From: Pavona decussata | Lineage: Eukaryota | Length of the DNA stretch: 64,000 nucleotides | NCBI GenBank assembly: GCA_977016875.1 | Contig: CDRNST010000221.1 | Span: 124,001-188,000 of the forward strand | Direction of reading: 5' to 3' | Part shown: one piece after another, positions 36,872 to 49,311 of the stretch | Layout: each line of letters opens with the position of its first letter | Numbering within the stretch: the first letter of the stretch is position 1 | Notes under the pieces: generated by a model | Databases searched by the model: none | What the model was told of the DNA's origin: nothing | The model's input: the letters and a program-made list of their open reading frames with translations, nothing else | Made by a program: the position numbers and the translations under genes

Positions 36872-37274
36872 GGCGGGGGTAAACGTGAAATTTGAAGAGG
36901 TTTTAAGAAGGGTTAGAAGAAAGAAAATGATTTTTGGAACACCAACAGAAAGTTGATACCCACGCAAGAGCACCAAAGGTTGCTAGTGGACTAACTTGGT
37001 GTCTGTCTATTAATTATTAACTAAAAATTCTTATTTTAAAACTTCACTAAATCTTGAATATTTCTAATTTCTCTTTATTTTTAGTTACCAATCCTTCTTG
37101 AAAAACTATCTCCTCCCAAATGTACCAAAAAGTCACCCAAAAATTCACAAACAACCCCACAACATATATTCACGGGATGAGCAGAGAGGTTTTGGATTGC
37201 TTGAAACATGAACGAGATATTTTCATTAAAGCCATGTCAAGTGCGGTAAAATGGCGTTTAGGTTTACCCCCGCC
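36872..37274. mobile_element. TTAA-flanked non-autonomous DNA transposon (Kolobok-like termini)
   Basis: TIR ggcgggggtaaac / gtttacccccgcc with TTAA on both sides; empty site (gttaaattgaaatc) visible in module copy 1. Confidence 0.8.
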
Positions 37275-37315
37275 TTAAATTGAAATCTTTTAAGGCTTTT
37301 TTTTCTTACGATTAA

Positions 37316-37580
37316 AGCCCGCCGCACACGTGAGGAAAGAGCTGAGCAAAATGCCTCGCGAGGCAGTAGTTCAGCCATTTCCTCTCGTGTGCGGTGAAGT
37401 TTTGGTAAGAATTTCGCCTCGCGAGGCGAAATCTCAAATATCCAACATGTTTGATACTTGAGATTTCGCCTCGCGAGGCGAAATTCTCACCAAAACTTCA
37501 CCGCACACGAGAGGAAACGGCTCAGCTATCTGCCTCGCGAGGTATTTTGCTCAGCTCTTTCCTCACGTGTGCGGCGGGCT
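37316..37580. mobile_element. Fully palindromic Tourist/Harbinger-like MITE
   Basis: TAA-agcccgccgcacacgtgaggaaagagctgagc ... gctcagctctttcctcacgtgtgcggcgggct-TAA; whole element folds back; four gcctcgcgagg units. Confidence 0.9.
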
Positions 37581-39269
37581 TAACGCATTCACCTGCATAC
37601 TTTATTCGAACCGCATTCATCTAACTTTAGGATGAAATCTTTTAAAATGATTAATAATTTTTTGTAGAATATCTTTGCCAATAGCTTTGAAGGCGAGGCT
37701 AACAAAGCTTTTCATTTAAAAAACTAGTTTTGTCTGGATATGAATGAAAACTTATTTTCAAAAAAAAAAAAAAGTATTTATTACCTGGCTTTCATAATGA
37801 GGTTCAAAGCAACTCGGAAATGGTCCATTAAGGCAAAACTATTCAGTGTAATCAAACGCTTCGTCACATGTCCCGCATTTCCGTTCTACATTTTCTCATT
37901 CAGTTATTACCCTCTCCTAGTAGCTCCATGTATCAAAAAATTCTTGCTATCTTTTACGACAGGACTGATAAATGATTTTACTTTGTCTTATTTGCAACCG
38001 CTAAATGACTTACCACATTACAACTATCAACATGGAAAAGAAGTAGATTACACTAACTCGACCTAACTCTTTGTTTTCTGATGAAAATTCAGCAGGCTAC
38101 AGTTTTCTTGGAATTTTTCCGATGCTTTCGTGGAAAAGTGCAGGCAGCTGAATAAACACTACCAAATTTCTTCTAATTGAACTTTCTCCAGCGTATGCAA
38201 AAAAAAAACAACAACTATTCTTTCCTCCCACCTCGCAAAACACAGACTTGGAAAACGAAATAATGACATAACATCTCCTTGTCCTATTCTAGGACACAGG
38301 TTGCATATTCAGTTTTGTTAATATCCGTGATAGAAAAGTCTCTTTTCACGGTAACATTCCGCCATATTGAAATTTGACTACTGAGTAAACCGCACGAAAT
38401 GCCGGGTTTGTGTGATGGGGAATTCATTCGTTAACTTTTATTTATTGTGGTATAATTTACATTGTATTGCAAAACCTGTGAAAGCCATAAAATTTTAATT
38501 AAACACAGCAGAACAAAGAGTTTTGACAGTTTTCTGTTACATTTGGAGGAATGTAGCCGTGTGAGAAAGTGATTAATTTGAGGGGTATAGTTGGGCCGTC
38601 GTGCTTTTAAGCTTTATAATTTATTTATCTTTGTTAGTCAACCGTTAACTTTAACAGGGTATCGCAGACCATGCACAGAATAATGAAATAAGCCGCGATT
38701 ACACGATCTCCTGCCAAACCACATCGGCCGGGTCCACATCCCTAGAATTATTACACACACGCTCAGAAGGCATTCATCGCAATTAGAGTTTCTTTGATGC
38801 CTTGTGCTTTCGGAGTGATAAAATACCGTATTGTATATGCAATTAAAGGCCAGCTAGGTTGTTTTGCAAGAGATTTTATGCTCAGGACTTCAAACAGAGA
38901 GCTGTCTTAGGCTTAGCCAACACAAAGAGTCCTTAAAAGGGCCGTAAAATAATCTAGGTACACAGAAATCTCTTTTCTATACAACTAGCTATTTTTTTCC
39001 TTGAGTACAGTGCCCTTAAATGGCGGGCGAATGATAACTGGTAAACTCACGACGGTCGCTTCCGAAAGCGGACGAACCGTGTTTCCCAATCTATTGTGCT
39101 CTAATAAATGTGGCGTGTTGCAAACAGTAAGAATTAGAACAAAAAAAAATTGAAATTAAGGTTACACACACAGTTTTCAAAGCTTTGCGAATAAATCTGT
39201 TGTGAATGGGCAACGCTGCAGGAAGTACCAATGAATTTATAGCTGATTTGGACTACTTGAAACTGAGTG

Positions 39270-39465
39270 CATTAAGATTAGTAAACTTGCCAAGTATAAA
39301 GGTGATATGTCCGGAAGCGAGCGAAGATATAGTTCTGCAAAGTCGCCAAATTTTACAGACGTTTGTACCATACAAGCGTCTGTAAAATCTCGTGACTTTG
39401 CGGATGCATGCCCTCATTAGTTTTAAACATATCATTCTCAAACTTAGCAAACTTACTAATTTTAA
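39270..39465. repeat. Degenerate inverted repeat (old MITE core)
   Basis: ttaagattagtaaacttgccaagt..gatatgt versus acatatc..aacttagcaaacttactaattttaa. Confidence 0.4.
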
Positions 39466-40079
39466 AGCGTCCTTTCCAGCGGTGTCGGTGGATTTTTGCT
39501 AACTGGTCCAAGTCAAAAGTTTAAAAAACCATGGAAGGTTCTATTAATTTGAACATTTCCCGAAGAAAGCCGTATCTAACGGCGATGTTAAAATAAGGCA
39601 ACGTTGCAGAAATAAAATGTCATGATAATTATACCACCGAACCAACTGGTGTTAGAAAATAGAATGATAAATGTCCCCAAGATTTTGGAGATTGGCAGAT
39701 AAAACTTTCTCACATTCACACAGAGAAATTGTAACTAAGAAATAACTTTAAAAGTTTGGAATAGTGAACGACGCATTCAGGTTGTACCCTTTGTCCTTAT
39801 CCTGATTCGATGGAAGAAACATTTTAAGGTGACTTCATACATTTCGCGCATCCGGACATTATCATGACCAAATCACCGACGTTCGTATCTTCTAACAAAT
39901 TACCTTGAACGATGTCAATTCAGTTGACTGACCAGATCCCCGACAGCCAAACGCAAGATATACTTGTTTCTTTTATACTTAAAGCAGTATGTTTACACTT
40001 GCAGAAGTTTTAAGCTAAATGGCACGTAAAATGCCAGTGTATTTCATGTTACTCAGTTAGTAACCATGCCACCTAGTAA

Positions 40080-41316
40080 GGCCCGGTTCAGACGCCGAAC
40101 TTTTCATGAGCCGAACCTAATACCTTGAATAAAGTACATGAAAAGTTCGGCGTCTGGATCAGTTGAGAACGGCTGTTTCAATTTGGAACGGCTCAGCCGT
40201 TCTTCCCGCCTTCAGGGCCTCTTCATATGATCCCGGTTACCGGGATGGCTCGGTAAGCGGGATGAATTTTGCAGTCCGTTCATATGGGAAATTTCATCCC
40301 GGTTACCGAGATGAAAAGTGGTGACGCGGTCAATCGAGCGTGACATTTACCGAACAAGCCCGGCAAGAATTTTTCATTTTTATCGGTTCTACAAACCTCA
40401 AAAGTATTATATCTTTATCTCTACCACGAAAAGGAACTGAATTATTTTGAACTAAAACATCTCAGAAATGAGCCGTAATAATCAAATATATGCGTTCTAA
40501 GACGCGAATGTTTGGTTATAGAGGGCCTCTTCATATGATCCCGGTTGACCGGGCTAGCCCGCTTACCGAGATCTCGCCTCATTCCTATTTCTTTTGTAAG
40601 AAATTCGATGTGTTCATATGAGAAGGCGGGCCAGCCCGGTTACCGAGATCTCGGTTTCAGCGACCGAGATCTCGGGAGTCCGGGACGAAAAATTTCTCAT
40701 ATGAACACGGTATCCCGGTTACCGGGATGAAGTCTATAACCAAACATTCGCGTCTTAGAACGGATATATTTGATTATTACGGCTCATTTCTGAGATGTTC
40801 TAGTTCAAAATAATTCCTTTTCGTAGTAGAGATAAAGATATTATACTTTTGAGGTTTGTAGAACTGATAAAAATGAAAAATTCTTACCGGGCTTGTTCGG
40901 TAAATGTCACGCTCGATTGACCGCGTCACCACTTTTCATCTCGGTAACCGGGATGAAATTTCCCATATGAACAGACTGCAAAATTCATCCCGTTTACCGA
41001 GCCATCCCGGTAACCGGGATCATATGAAGAGGCCCTCAGCCGGGAATTTCGGCTTTGGAACGGCTTTGATTCAGACGCCGAACCTTTTATGAGCCGAAGC
41101 TAATGCATAAATTATTATAACATATTTCAAAGGAAAAAAGGAAAAAATAAAAAAAAAATAAAAACCGCTGACATTTCGATCGGTTTTGCTTCAAGTAAAT
41201 TAAGTTCGGCTAATTAAGTTCAGCGTCTGAATCAAAAGGAAGGATTTTCGTGATTTGCGCCGACCATAATTTCAATTAAATTCGGCTCATAAAAAGTTCG
41301 GCGTCTGAACTGGGCC
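40080..41316. mobile_element. Harbinger-like MITE (TAA target duplication) with nested insertion
   Basis: TAA-ggcccggttcagacgccgaactttt.atgagccgaa ... ttcggctcataaaaagttcggcgtctgaactgggcc-TAA. Confidence 0.88.
40215..41035. mobile_element. Nested foldback element with ~300 bp inverted arms and TCA target duplication
   Basis: TCA-gggcctcttcatatgatcccggttacc ... catatgaagaggccc-TCA; arms 40215-40522 and 40733-41035; a third terminus copy at 40523. Confidence 0.88.
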
Positions 41317-41809
41317 TAACCGGACATAACTGAAACCTCAAACCTCGATTTCACTGATATGATATCCCTGCTGTAGTGGACCTTGAAGATTGGCCCATGA
41401 TCAGGCAATGGTGAATCAAATTCTATTATTAAATAAGGACACAGCGCAAAAAGTAACTTTTAGATATAGAAAAGGATCCTGTAAACTCGAGCTCACCTGC
41501 TCGACAGACCGGTAAACTATGACAACAATTTAAATCAACATGGCGGGCTTATTATAAGCGAGAAATCGTGTTTGAAAAATTCATCTTCGGTGTGTACACT
41601 AAAGGGAAATATATAAAAATGATCATTTTGTGGAAGTAAGTATTTTTGCTATGGGTTTTTTTTATATTTTGAACGAGTCCTAATGTTCGAATCGCGGGTT
41701 CATTAACACAGCTTTGAAATCGGCCGTAAAAATCACTCCATAAACACACAGCCGGCATGGTTTACTACTAGTTATATCCCTTATTGCGCGGTTATAAAGA
41801 ACTTACAAT

Positions 41810-42265
41810 TAATTTCTCGGAATTATTTAATCAACGAAGAGACCGTAGTAGATGTTCGTTGGTTCGCACTACAATTACCGCAGTAAGCGTAACCGGCATT
41901 TCTCACGCAATTTTGCCGCTGCCTGCGAAAAACATTTGAACGAACCGTTGAGCAGTTGATTATCTCGAATAAAGACCAATAAAAGCAACAAATAACTCAC
42001 CAAAAACTTCACAGACAAGAAAATTTCCCCCTGATGTAAGTCAACGAAAATTTGCAGTTCCTTCTAGAACCTTCAAGGTAAAGTTCTTCCAGTGATTTCC
42101 CGGAATCGTTAGCTGAACAAACCGTAGACGTCACGTGATCAGGTTTCTCGGAATATCGACGCACCTCATCGCACATCCGGTGTTATCTGCATATCGAAAA
42201 CCTTACAATGGAGGTTTAAAAGGTTGAGCCGAAAAGATTTATATTCAATTAAAAACTTTCACGTC
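41810..42265 (-). promoter_or_regulatory. Promoter/first-exon module copy 3 (older, diverged paralogue)
   Basis: TTCTCGGAA 41814-41822, GTGAGT donor at 42000-41995, TTCCCGGAA 42097-42105, GTCACGTGA 42130-42138, TTCTCGGAA 42145-42153; motif order and spacing match copy 1. Confidence 0.6.
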
Positions 42266-44176
42266 TTTTTTCTCAGGATTTTCGTACTTCTCTTAGAAAA
42301 ATTGTTTGAAGTTGGAAAGCTACGTAACACAGCTAGATATAAATAAATACGCTAGATCATATGCACAACAATCTTTAAAACCTTATCGCAAAATGCGAAG
42401 ACATTAAATAATTCACGCAAAATAAAAGTACTTACTATAAGAAGATTGCTTGTTTTGCAATCGAAAATTTGTGTTTCCCTAAAAGAGAAGGGACTAGAAC
42501 GTTTCGGTCGCAAAATCTTATCGGGGTTATATTGGCTGGAAAGCCGGATATACTATTATGTTATGCAATATTTCATGGCAGCTTAGATTATTTTTTGACA
42601 AATTCCAAGTATGAAGTAAATGGCAAAATTTTCTGGTGAATAGGTTTTAAAGAAACTGTGGTGCTGTGTAGTTAGGGAGTGAAAACGAATGTTTAGTTTT
42701 ATCAGCGAAGTTGGAAAGGTAATTTGGCAACCATAAAGAGATTTGAATGCTAACGTTTCCAGCGTTAAACCTAAACGGTCTTAAACCTTATCGCCTCTTT
42801 TGATAAAACCAAACATTCGAACAACAACTTTATTTCACATTTCCTTGCATTTTCAAACTGTTTTATATTAAAACTTTCCATATTGAGAATATACAATTAA
42901 CATTTTACACTGAATATACGTTTTATATAAGGATATGCCTAGCAGCTAGATAACCGCAAATGAGGTTTTCGAGCTAGTAGAGCGCATGCGTAATTTGTTT
43001 GTTTTTGTGTACGTGGGACACCGGCTTATTCAACGCTTGAAACTGATCCATTTGAGTGTATGTAAATGCTCCAGAACTGTTGACCCTTTGTTATCTTAAT
43101 TTAATAGACTTTAATAGATTTGATGCCTGAGTGATTTTTCCTGTTTCGTTATCTGCATTTGAAAGCACTTCACTGCAGGTGATGGTAAGACAATAAAGCA
43201 CTAAAAAATAAACTTTACAATTTCATGCTGTCCTGTGTTGTTAAAAAAATAGCAATGCGGAAATTTTTCAGGTCAAAAACATTTCAATTTTCAGGTGCCG
43301 GGTGTTAGCTCAGTTCGCTTTCAGCAAACATGGTGAAGCAAACCTCTGTATGAAATTTTTCTGTTGTTCAGTGTACTTGCTGTCTTCGGAATAAGAGATA
43401 CTGCATACGGGAGTAAAGAAGTAACAAGCTACGTAGGTAGGTCAATTAAGAACATCAAGCATGCATTGTTACGGTCGCGTATGATCTGAAATGAGCGGTT
43501 GAGTCTAGAGCCCGGTGCTCTTTTCTAGGACTATTTCGAAATAAGGAGTACTTGAAAGATATAGCAATTAATTGTACTGTTTGCTGTTTGGAGCAATATT
43601 CCATACGCGTTTTCGTGATTACTACTCGTGATTAATATTCCTGCTCCCGAATGTAGAATGATAGCTTACCGATACATTGGTTCGGCTGAATAACACACAG
43701 CTTGAAATACCCCTTGTTTAAGTTTTATTTGGAGACTCAAAAATTAACGAAGAGCAAAAACACACGATTCAGTATCTTAACGTAACATAAACTTCTACAG
43801 ACTTTTGCAATGCTTTACTATGTGAGCGTATTCTAATTGTAAATAACTTAGATGTATGTACTATTTACTTAAATATTGTGACATGAGATATGTATTTTTT
43901 ATCTNNNNNNNNNNNNNNNNNNNNNNNNNNNNNNNNNNNNNNNNNNNNNNNNNNNNNNNNNNNNNNNNNNNNNNNNNNNNNNNNNNNNNNNNNNNNNNNN
44001 NNNNNNNNNNNNNNNNNNNNNNNNNNNNNNNNNNNNNNNNNNNNNNNNNNNNNNNNNNNNNNNNNNNNNNNNNNNNNNNNNNNNNNNNNNNNCCATTTCA
44101 TTAATTAATTAATACTCCCTGAAATAGCTAAGAATAAAAAAAATGCCAGGGAGCAGGATTAAATAAAATAAATTAA

Positions 44177-44643
44177 CCCTTTAATCCCTAATAGTGCCAA
44201 TTGGCACATAATGCCATAACGTTTTCAACATTTGACAGATTTCTATGATTTTTTGACACCAAGATGGTCTTGTGAAGCTTAACCACTCTCCCATGTATAT
44301 GTGATATGGTTGACCATCCCCCATAACTTTTCAACTTTCCCCCCTCCCCCTAGAAGTTGTGGGTCTCAGATATCTCTCTCGTTAATGAACATGTCGAGAA
44401 CTGCAAGATAAGCTATAGTTAAGGGGTATACATAATGTACACAAGGATTGTGACGTTTTTGAACTTCTAAATTTTTACTTTTTAAGTCCATTTTTCTCAA
44501 ACCCATAACTTTTCTCATTCATAATTTTTTTCAGTTATGAAATAACACTCATGAGAAGCTTTAAAATGGTATATCATACATGGACATTGAGTTTGTAGTC
44601 CTGGATCTGGAGAAAATGTCGTTTTGCCTTAATACTGAAAGGA
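44177..44643. mobile_element. Possible piggyBac-like MITE
   Basis: TTAA-cccttt ... aaagga-TTAA; terminal repeats weak. Confidence 0.35.
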
Positions 44644-44928
44644 TTAAATTAAATATTGATAACAGAGCCGACCAAGGTGGCAGATATCTTTGATGCCGTC
44701 TTCGATTCGTCTCAGCCGCACAGGCACATCAACACGTACTAAATGACTTTCATTCGTAGAGGACGTTGATTACAGGCTATCTATAAATCTAAGGTACGAA
44801 CAGGTAAAATATTGTAACCCAGCGATGGAGAGGCTCAATCCACACTCCCTTCTGACACTAAGTGTTATGAGTTTGTATGTAAGACCAAGGAAAGTTGTGA
44901 CTGCTTTTCGTTTCTTATTTTTCAACAG

Positions 44929-45048
44929 TCCTCCCAAGCTCCTGCACCGAGCGTCCTAGCTACAACGGAGCTACATGTATTAAAATGAATGGTAATTCCT
45001 TCGACTGCATATGCCCTGAAAGATTCACTGGACTCCTCTGTGAGAGAG
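44929..45048 (+). CDS. EGF-like exon (second Cys replaced by Ser)
   Basis: caacag|TC..SSCTERPSYNGATCIKMNGNSFDCICPERFTGLLCER..G|gtaat; phase 1-1. Confidence 0.75.
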
Positions 45049-45907
45049 GTAATCGAATGTTATTAAACATACTCTTCTTGATACACTGTACACTACTCGC
45101 AACTTTAGCGCAGTTGTAGGCAATTTAGGGAACTGTTCCTGCGTAAAACATTCCGGCTTTTTAAATATTTGATGTCCAATGGGTTGTTAATAATGAATCC
45201 CTTTTTTTAAAATATCACGGGACAAAATTTCTGAGAAAAGCTGATGCAAAATTGTCTCCTTGAACTGCCTACTTAGGCAGCAGGATAGAAGACTCAACTG
45301 CATACCAGACTCAGCGATAGAGCTTCTTTAACCCAGGATAATATATATGAAGGGCTAAAACTTTTACGATTAGCTTAACTTTTGCTTAGACGTTTACTGT
45401 TAAGGATTCCATCCACGAGCGCAACAGTTTTGTACCTTGCATACTGTATATGGAATACACTAGCGACACAGGGAAGTTTTATCCATTTTCATATAGCCAT
45501 TTTTGTGAATGTCTTTAGCAGAAGTAAAAGTAAGAACCACTTTTTCAGTCGCGGATCTAGGGGAGTTTGGGAGGCCGGACCTCCTTCTTAATTTTCGAGC
45601 GAGGGGCTGAGATATTTCGTTTGGCAAAGAGAACAAATCAGCCGAACGAGAGCGGGCCCCACACCTATCTGGAGGTTTGGATCCACCATTGTTCTTAAAC
45701 CGTAAGCGTAAGTACTGTTCAGTAGCTATAATAAGTGGTCCGGCATTTGGTTTTCAGCTATCAACTCAAAAGCGTGAACCACTTGAATATATAGCATTGC
45801 AATGAGAAGCAAAGTAGTGTTTCGGCACGATAACTACATTTTACCGTGTGAGTGGGCTTCTCGTATACACACTGGTAATGACTGTCAACCATTGTTTTAT
45901 CCAATAG

Positions 45908-46024
45908 AACGTGATCCATGTGACAGCAGCCCTTGTAAAAATGGTGGGACGTGCACAAAGGTGACGTTCAAAGTTTTTAATTGCACTTGTGCTAAAGGAT
46001 ACACTGGACCCAGCTGCGCTCAGG
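45908..46024 (+). CDS. EGF-like exon
   Basis: RDPCDSSPCKNGGTCTKVTFKVFNCTCAKGYTGPSCAQ; AG/GT boundaries, phase 1-1. Confidence 0.85.
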
Positions 46025-46843
46025 GTAAGAAGCTTTTTAAAGGCTTTTTTTTCGCAACTAGTAAAGTTGCGTACATAACTAACTGCAGTGGTCAAACTTT
46101 CATCTGCAGTTTAAACGTATGAATTTCATATATCCCACTTCGATCCAGTCAGATCATGCATGTACGATCTATACATGATTAACACTGGTCTTTTGAAAGT
46201 CATCAAAATTATGTTGAGTTGCTTTAGAAGAGTTAAAAATATCAATAAACGTGGCAGGCTCCGGTTAGAACAGTAAATATTAGCCACAGTTTGAGTAGCC
46301 ACTCAGAGCACGCTAATCTCGTACCCAGGTCGTCTCACTTTCTGGGAGAGAACATCTGGTAAAATCTGATTGGAGAACGTCGGGAGATATCTTCACCCAT
46401 TTGGGTAACATATAAAGAGCACGCGAAAAATTACGTGTAAACTGTATAAAATCTATGCAAGATTCTTGTTACTCAGCCGACATACTAAGTTGTGGTTTTG
46501 TTTTACGCTGCCACGAGCATCTTTCAGTTACACCAAACTGTGAATATTTATCACTGATATGGTGTATTTTCTATATTACATTCAGAGTGTAACAACGCGG
46601 CAATGATCTCAGTTTACACTTACGCTAGTGTAACCAAGGCGGAAATCTATTATATGCATTGAATGATCCCCTAACATTATGTTGCATTGCAAAATGCTCG
46701 CACTATTCGGTCTCTGCTTAAACCGATCAGGAAAATTTGAAAAGTGATCGTTTGCTCGCGACCTTCATTAGTGATAAGGTTTTGACACTCGTGCAGTAAT
46801 AATAAATTTTGATGCTAAGAGCTTAGCATTGTTCTTGACACAG

Positions 46844-46969
46844 ATATCAACGAGTGCAGGACGGACAATGGTGGCTGCCAAGATATCTGCGTAAATACTG
46901 TTGGAGGATTTCACTGCGCATGCTCAAATCCTGGGTATAGACTTGCCTCAGACAAACGCCATTGTATTG
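46844..46969 (+). CDS. Calcium-binding EGF exon
   Basis: [42 protein letters not shown]; phase 1-1. Confidence 0.85.
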
Positions 46970-47638
46970 GTAAGCTTTGTTTCTTTACAGCAAATTCACT
47001 GTAGTTTGTCAATAGTTATCAACTTGAACTGGCATGGCGAGCCTTGTCTTGTGCGTGCTTTGAGGGTTCGACCAGTGCAGCTGAGAAAGGAGCTGGGAAC
47101 ATCTAAATGAGTAAAAACAGTTTAATTTTGTCTGAGCTATGTCCATGGAAACAAGGATGTTTTCCTCGCAAAATCGAGTAAAAAGTGGCTACCCAATTTA
47201 TTATTATTACTATTATTTATTATTTTTTGTGACAAAAATTTTTGTTCTGCCCAAACGGTCATTTACATGTAAACGTTTTGCACCAGAAGGAGAAATTCCA
47301 AGAAGTGGGTTGAAAAATCGAGACGCAGCCGAGCTTTTCTTGACGAACTTCGAGGCTTTTCGAAACCGGTTGAAACACTTGTCCTTCTCAAAACATTAAT
47401 AATTCTTGGAGAAATTCCAAGCAAAAGTTCATCAAAGTTGTGACAATTTAGAATAACTCCTTTTTTTTTTTTCGCTTTATGGATTGTTAATGAGCTTAAG
47501 CAAATATCTTCCTGCACATTTATGTTAACTTTATCCTAAAGGACCTAATCCATGTGAGAGACGTCCTTGCAAAAATGGAGGCACGTGTGCCAAGGTGGGG
47601 TCTTACGTCTTCAAATGCACGTGCGCTCAAGGAGGAAA

Positions 47639-47787
47639 TCTCGGAAATACTGGTCACGTATGACGTGGATTGACTGTAACGAAGTGTTTTAGTTGTCACC
47701 AAACGTGTTCGCATACAGTTAAAAAAATTGCATATAAATTAAAAACATTATCTTGTTTTACTAACACCTGCTTGCGCTGCTGAACTT
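47639..47787 (+). repeat. 149-bp copy of intronic segment 49111-49259 that truncates an EGF exon
   Basis: tctcggaaatactggtcacg...gctgctgaactt is present at both positions. Confidence 0.9.
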
Positions 47788-48219
47788 GTTTCGTTGCATC
47801 TTCGTTAATTTTACTCGGTGATTTCTTTACCTTCCCTAAATTCTATTTGTTCTGTCTTTGACTTTAATAACTGAAATAATACTAATTTTGTCCTTAAACA
47901 GTTGTAAGTCTGGCCCGCCTAGATTAGCTCTCGCTACCTGTGGGCCTGTCTCTCTTTTTTGCTAAATTTTTGAATCCTTTTGAATGAACTTGAAACGTGA
48001 AACTTGAAAAAACAAACAAAAACATCATTAGACTATCAGATTACTACTGCATTGGTTTAATCATTACGTGAAAGCTAAAGCGAAGAGCCACTGCGCTAAA
48101 TATCCAACTGTGATGCAAATTCCAGTTTAAACAACGCTTCAACCTTAATCAATTAATATTTAATTTGCCGAACAAATGGGGTTAATTATCTGTTTACTGA
48201 CACCTTCCTTTTGGGACAG

Positions 48220-48345
48220 ACGTTGACGAGTGTAAGCTGAACAATGGCGATTGTCAAGATATTTGCGTCAATGCTGTCGGAGGTTACTACTGCGCATGCT
48301 CAGATCCTCAGTTTAGTATCGCCCCAGACAAGCGTCACTGTGTTG
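48220..48345 (+). CDS. Calcium-binding EGF exon
   Basis: DVDECKLNNGDCQDICVNAVGGYYCACSDPQFSIAPDKRHCV; paralogous to 46844-46969. Confidence 0.85.
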
Positions 48346-49311
48346 GTAAGTTGCCTAATTTTATTTTGAGAACTCGATCGTTAAGCATTTTGGCGAGAGC
48401 AAAATGAAATAATTGCAATGAAATACGATAGATGTAATGTAATGATGTAACATTCATTATATCAAGGGCTTGAGACGAAGAAAAAATTTTGAGTCCCGAG
48501 GGGAATCAACCTATGACTTGTCGTAAACCACTTAGTTTTAGAGAAATGCGTGAAAAGATAGGCCATTTACCAGCTAGGTGTATATGAAACGCGCGTTCTG
48601 GAAGCTGTTAGCATCAGCAATGTTGGAAATCGTCCCGTGTGGTGTTGAATGTTATGTTTTGGAATGTTATTGTTATGGCTTCGATTTCGGTCGGGGAATC
48701 AATTTTTTTGTCCCCTTCCACTCGCGTACACCCCTGACAATACTGTAGTCCCGAGAAATTCTTCAATTGTCAAAAAGGTTTGGGTGTTTTTAGACCATTT
48801 ACAGTCAATCCACGTGACGCGTGACCGGTATTTTTTAAAATTTGAACGAGTTTTGTCAGTTTTGAACTGAGAGTTCCCGTAGAAATTTCCCTAGTTTATT
48901 GACGGTATAAATCTATGCATTTTTCTTTTACTTTTTACATTACAGCATTAAGTATTTTAGGAATAACAATTGTTTCCCAAGTATTTTGCACCTTTTTTTT
49001 TTTTTTTTTTCAGTTAATGCATCTTTTTCGGAAAGATTTCCAGAGAAAATGTTAAACATTCCCATTCAAATGCTGGACATTACAAAGAGGACTTCGAACG
49101 TTCATTTCATTCTCGGAAATACTGGTCACGCATGACGTGGATTGACTGTAACGAAGTGTTTTAGTTGTCACCAAACGTGTTCGCATAAAGTTAAAAAAAT
49201 TGCATATAAATTAGAAACATTCTCTTGTTTTACTAACACCTGCTTCCGCTGCTGAACTTAAAACAATTAAAACGGATTTTGTTATGTTGTGATGAATTTT
49301 TCTATAAACAG

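Noticed and set aside
43856-44108. ORFs spanning the N gap
   Set aside because: Artefacts of undetermined bases.
48470-48760. tRNA/SINE-like fragments
   Set aside because: Only degenerate B-box-like pieces; no cloverleaf or clear boundaries can be supported.
49110-49118. Isolated TTCTCGGAA in the ZP gene intron
   Set aside because: A single site without the clustered motif context; expected by chance.
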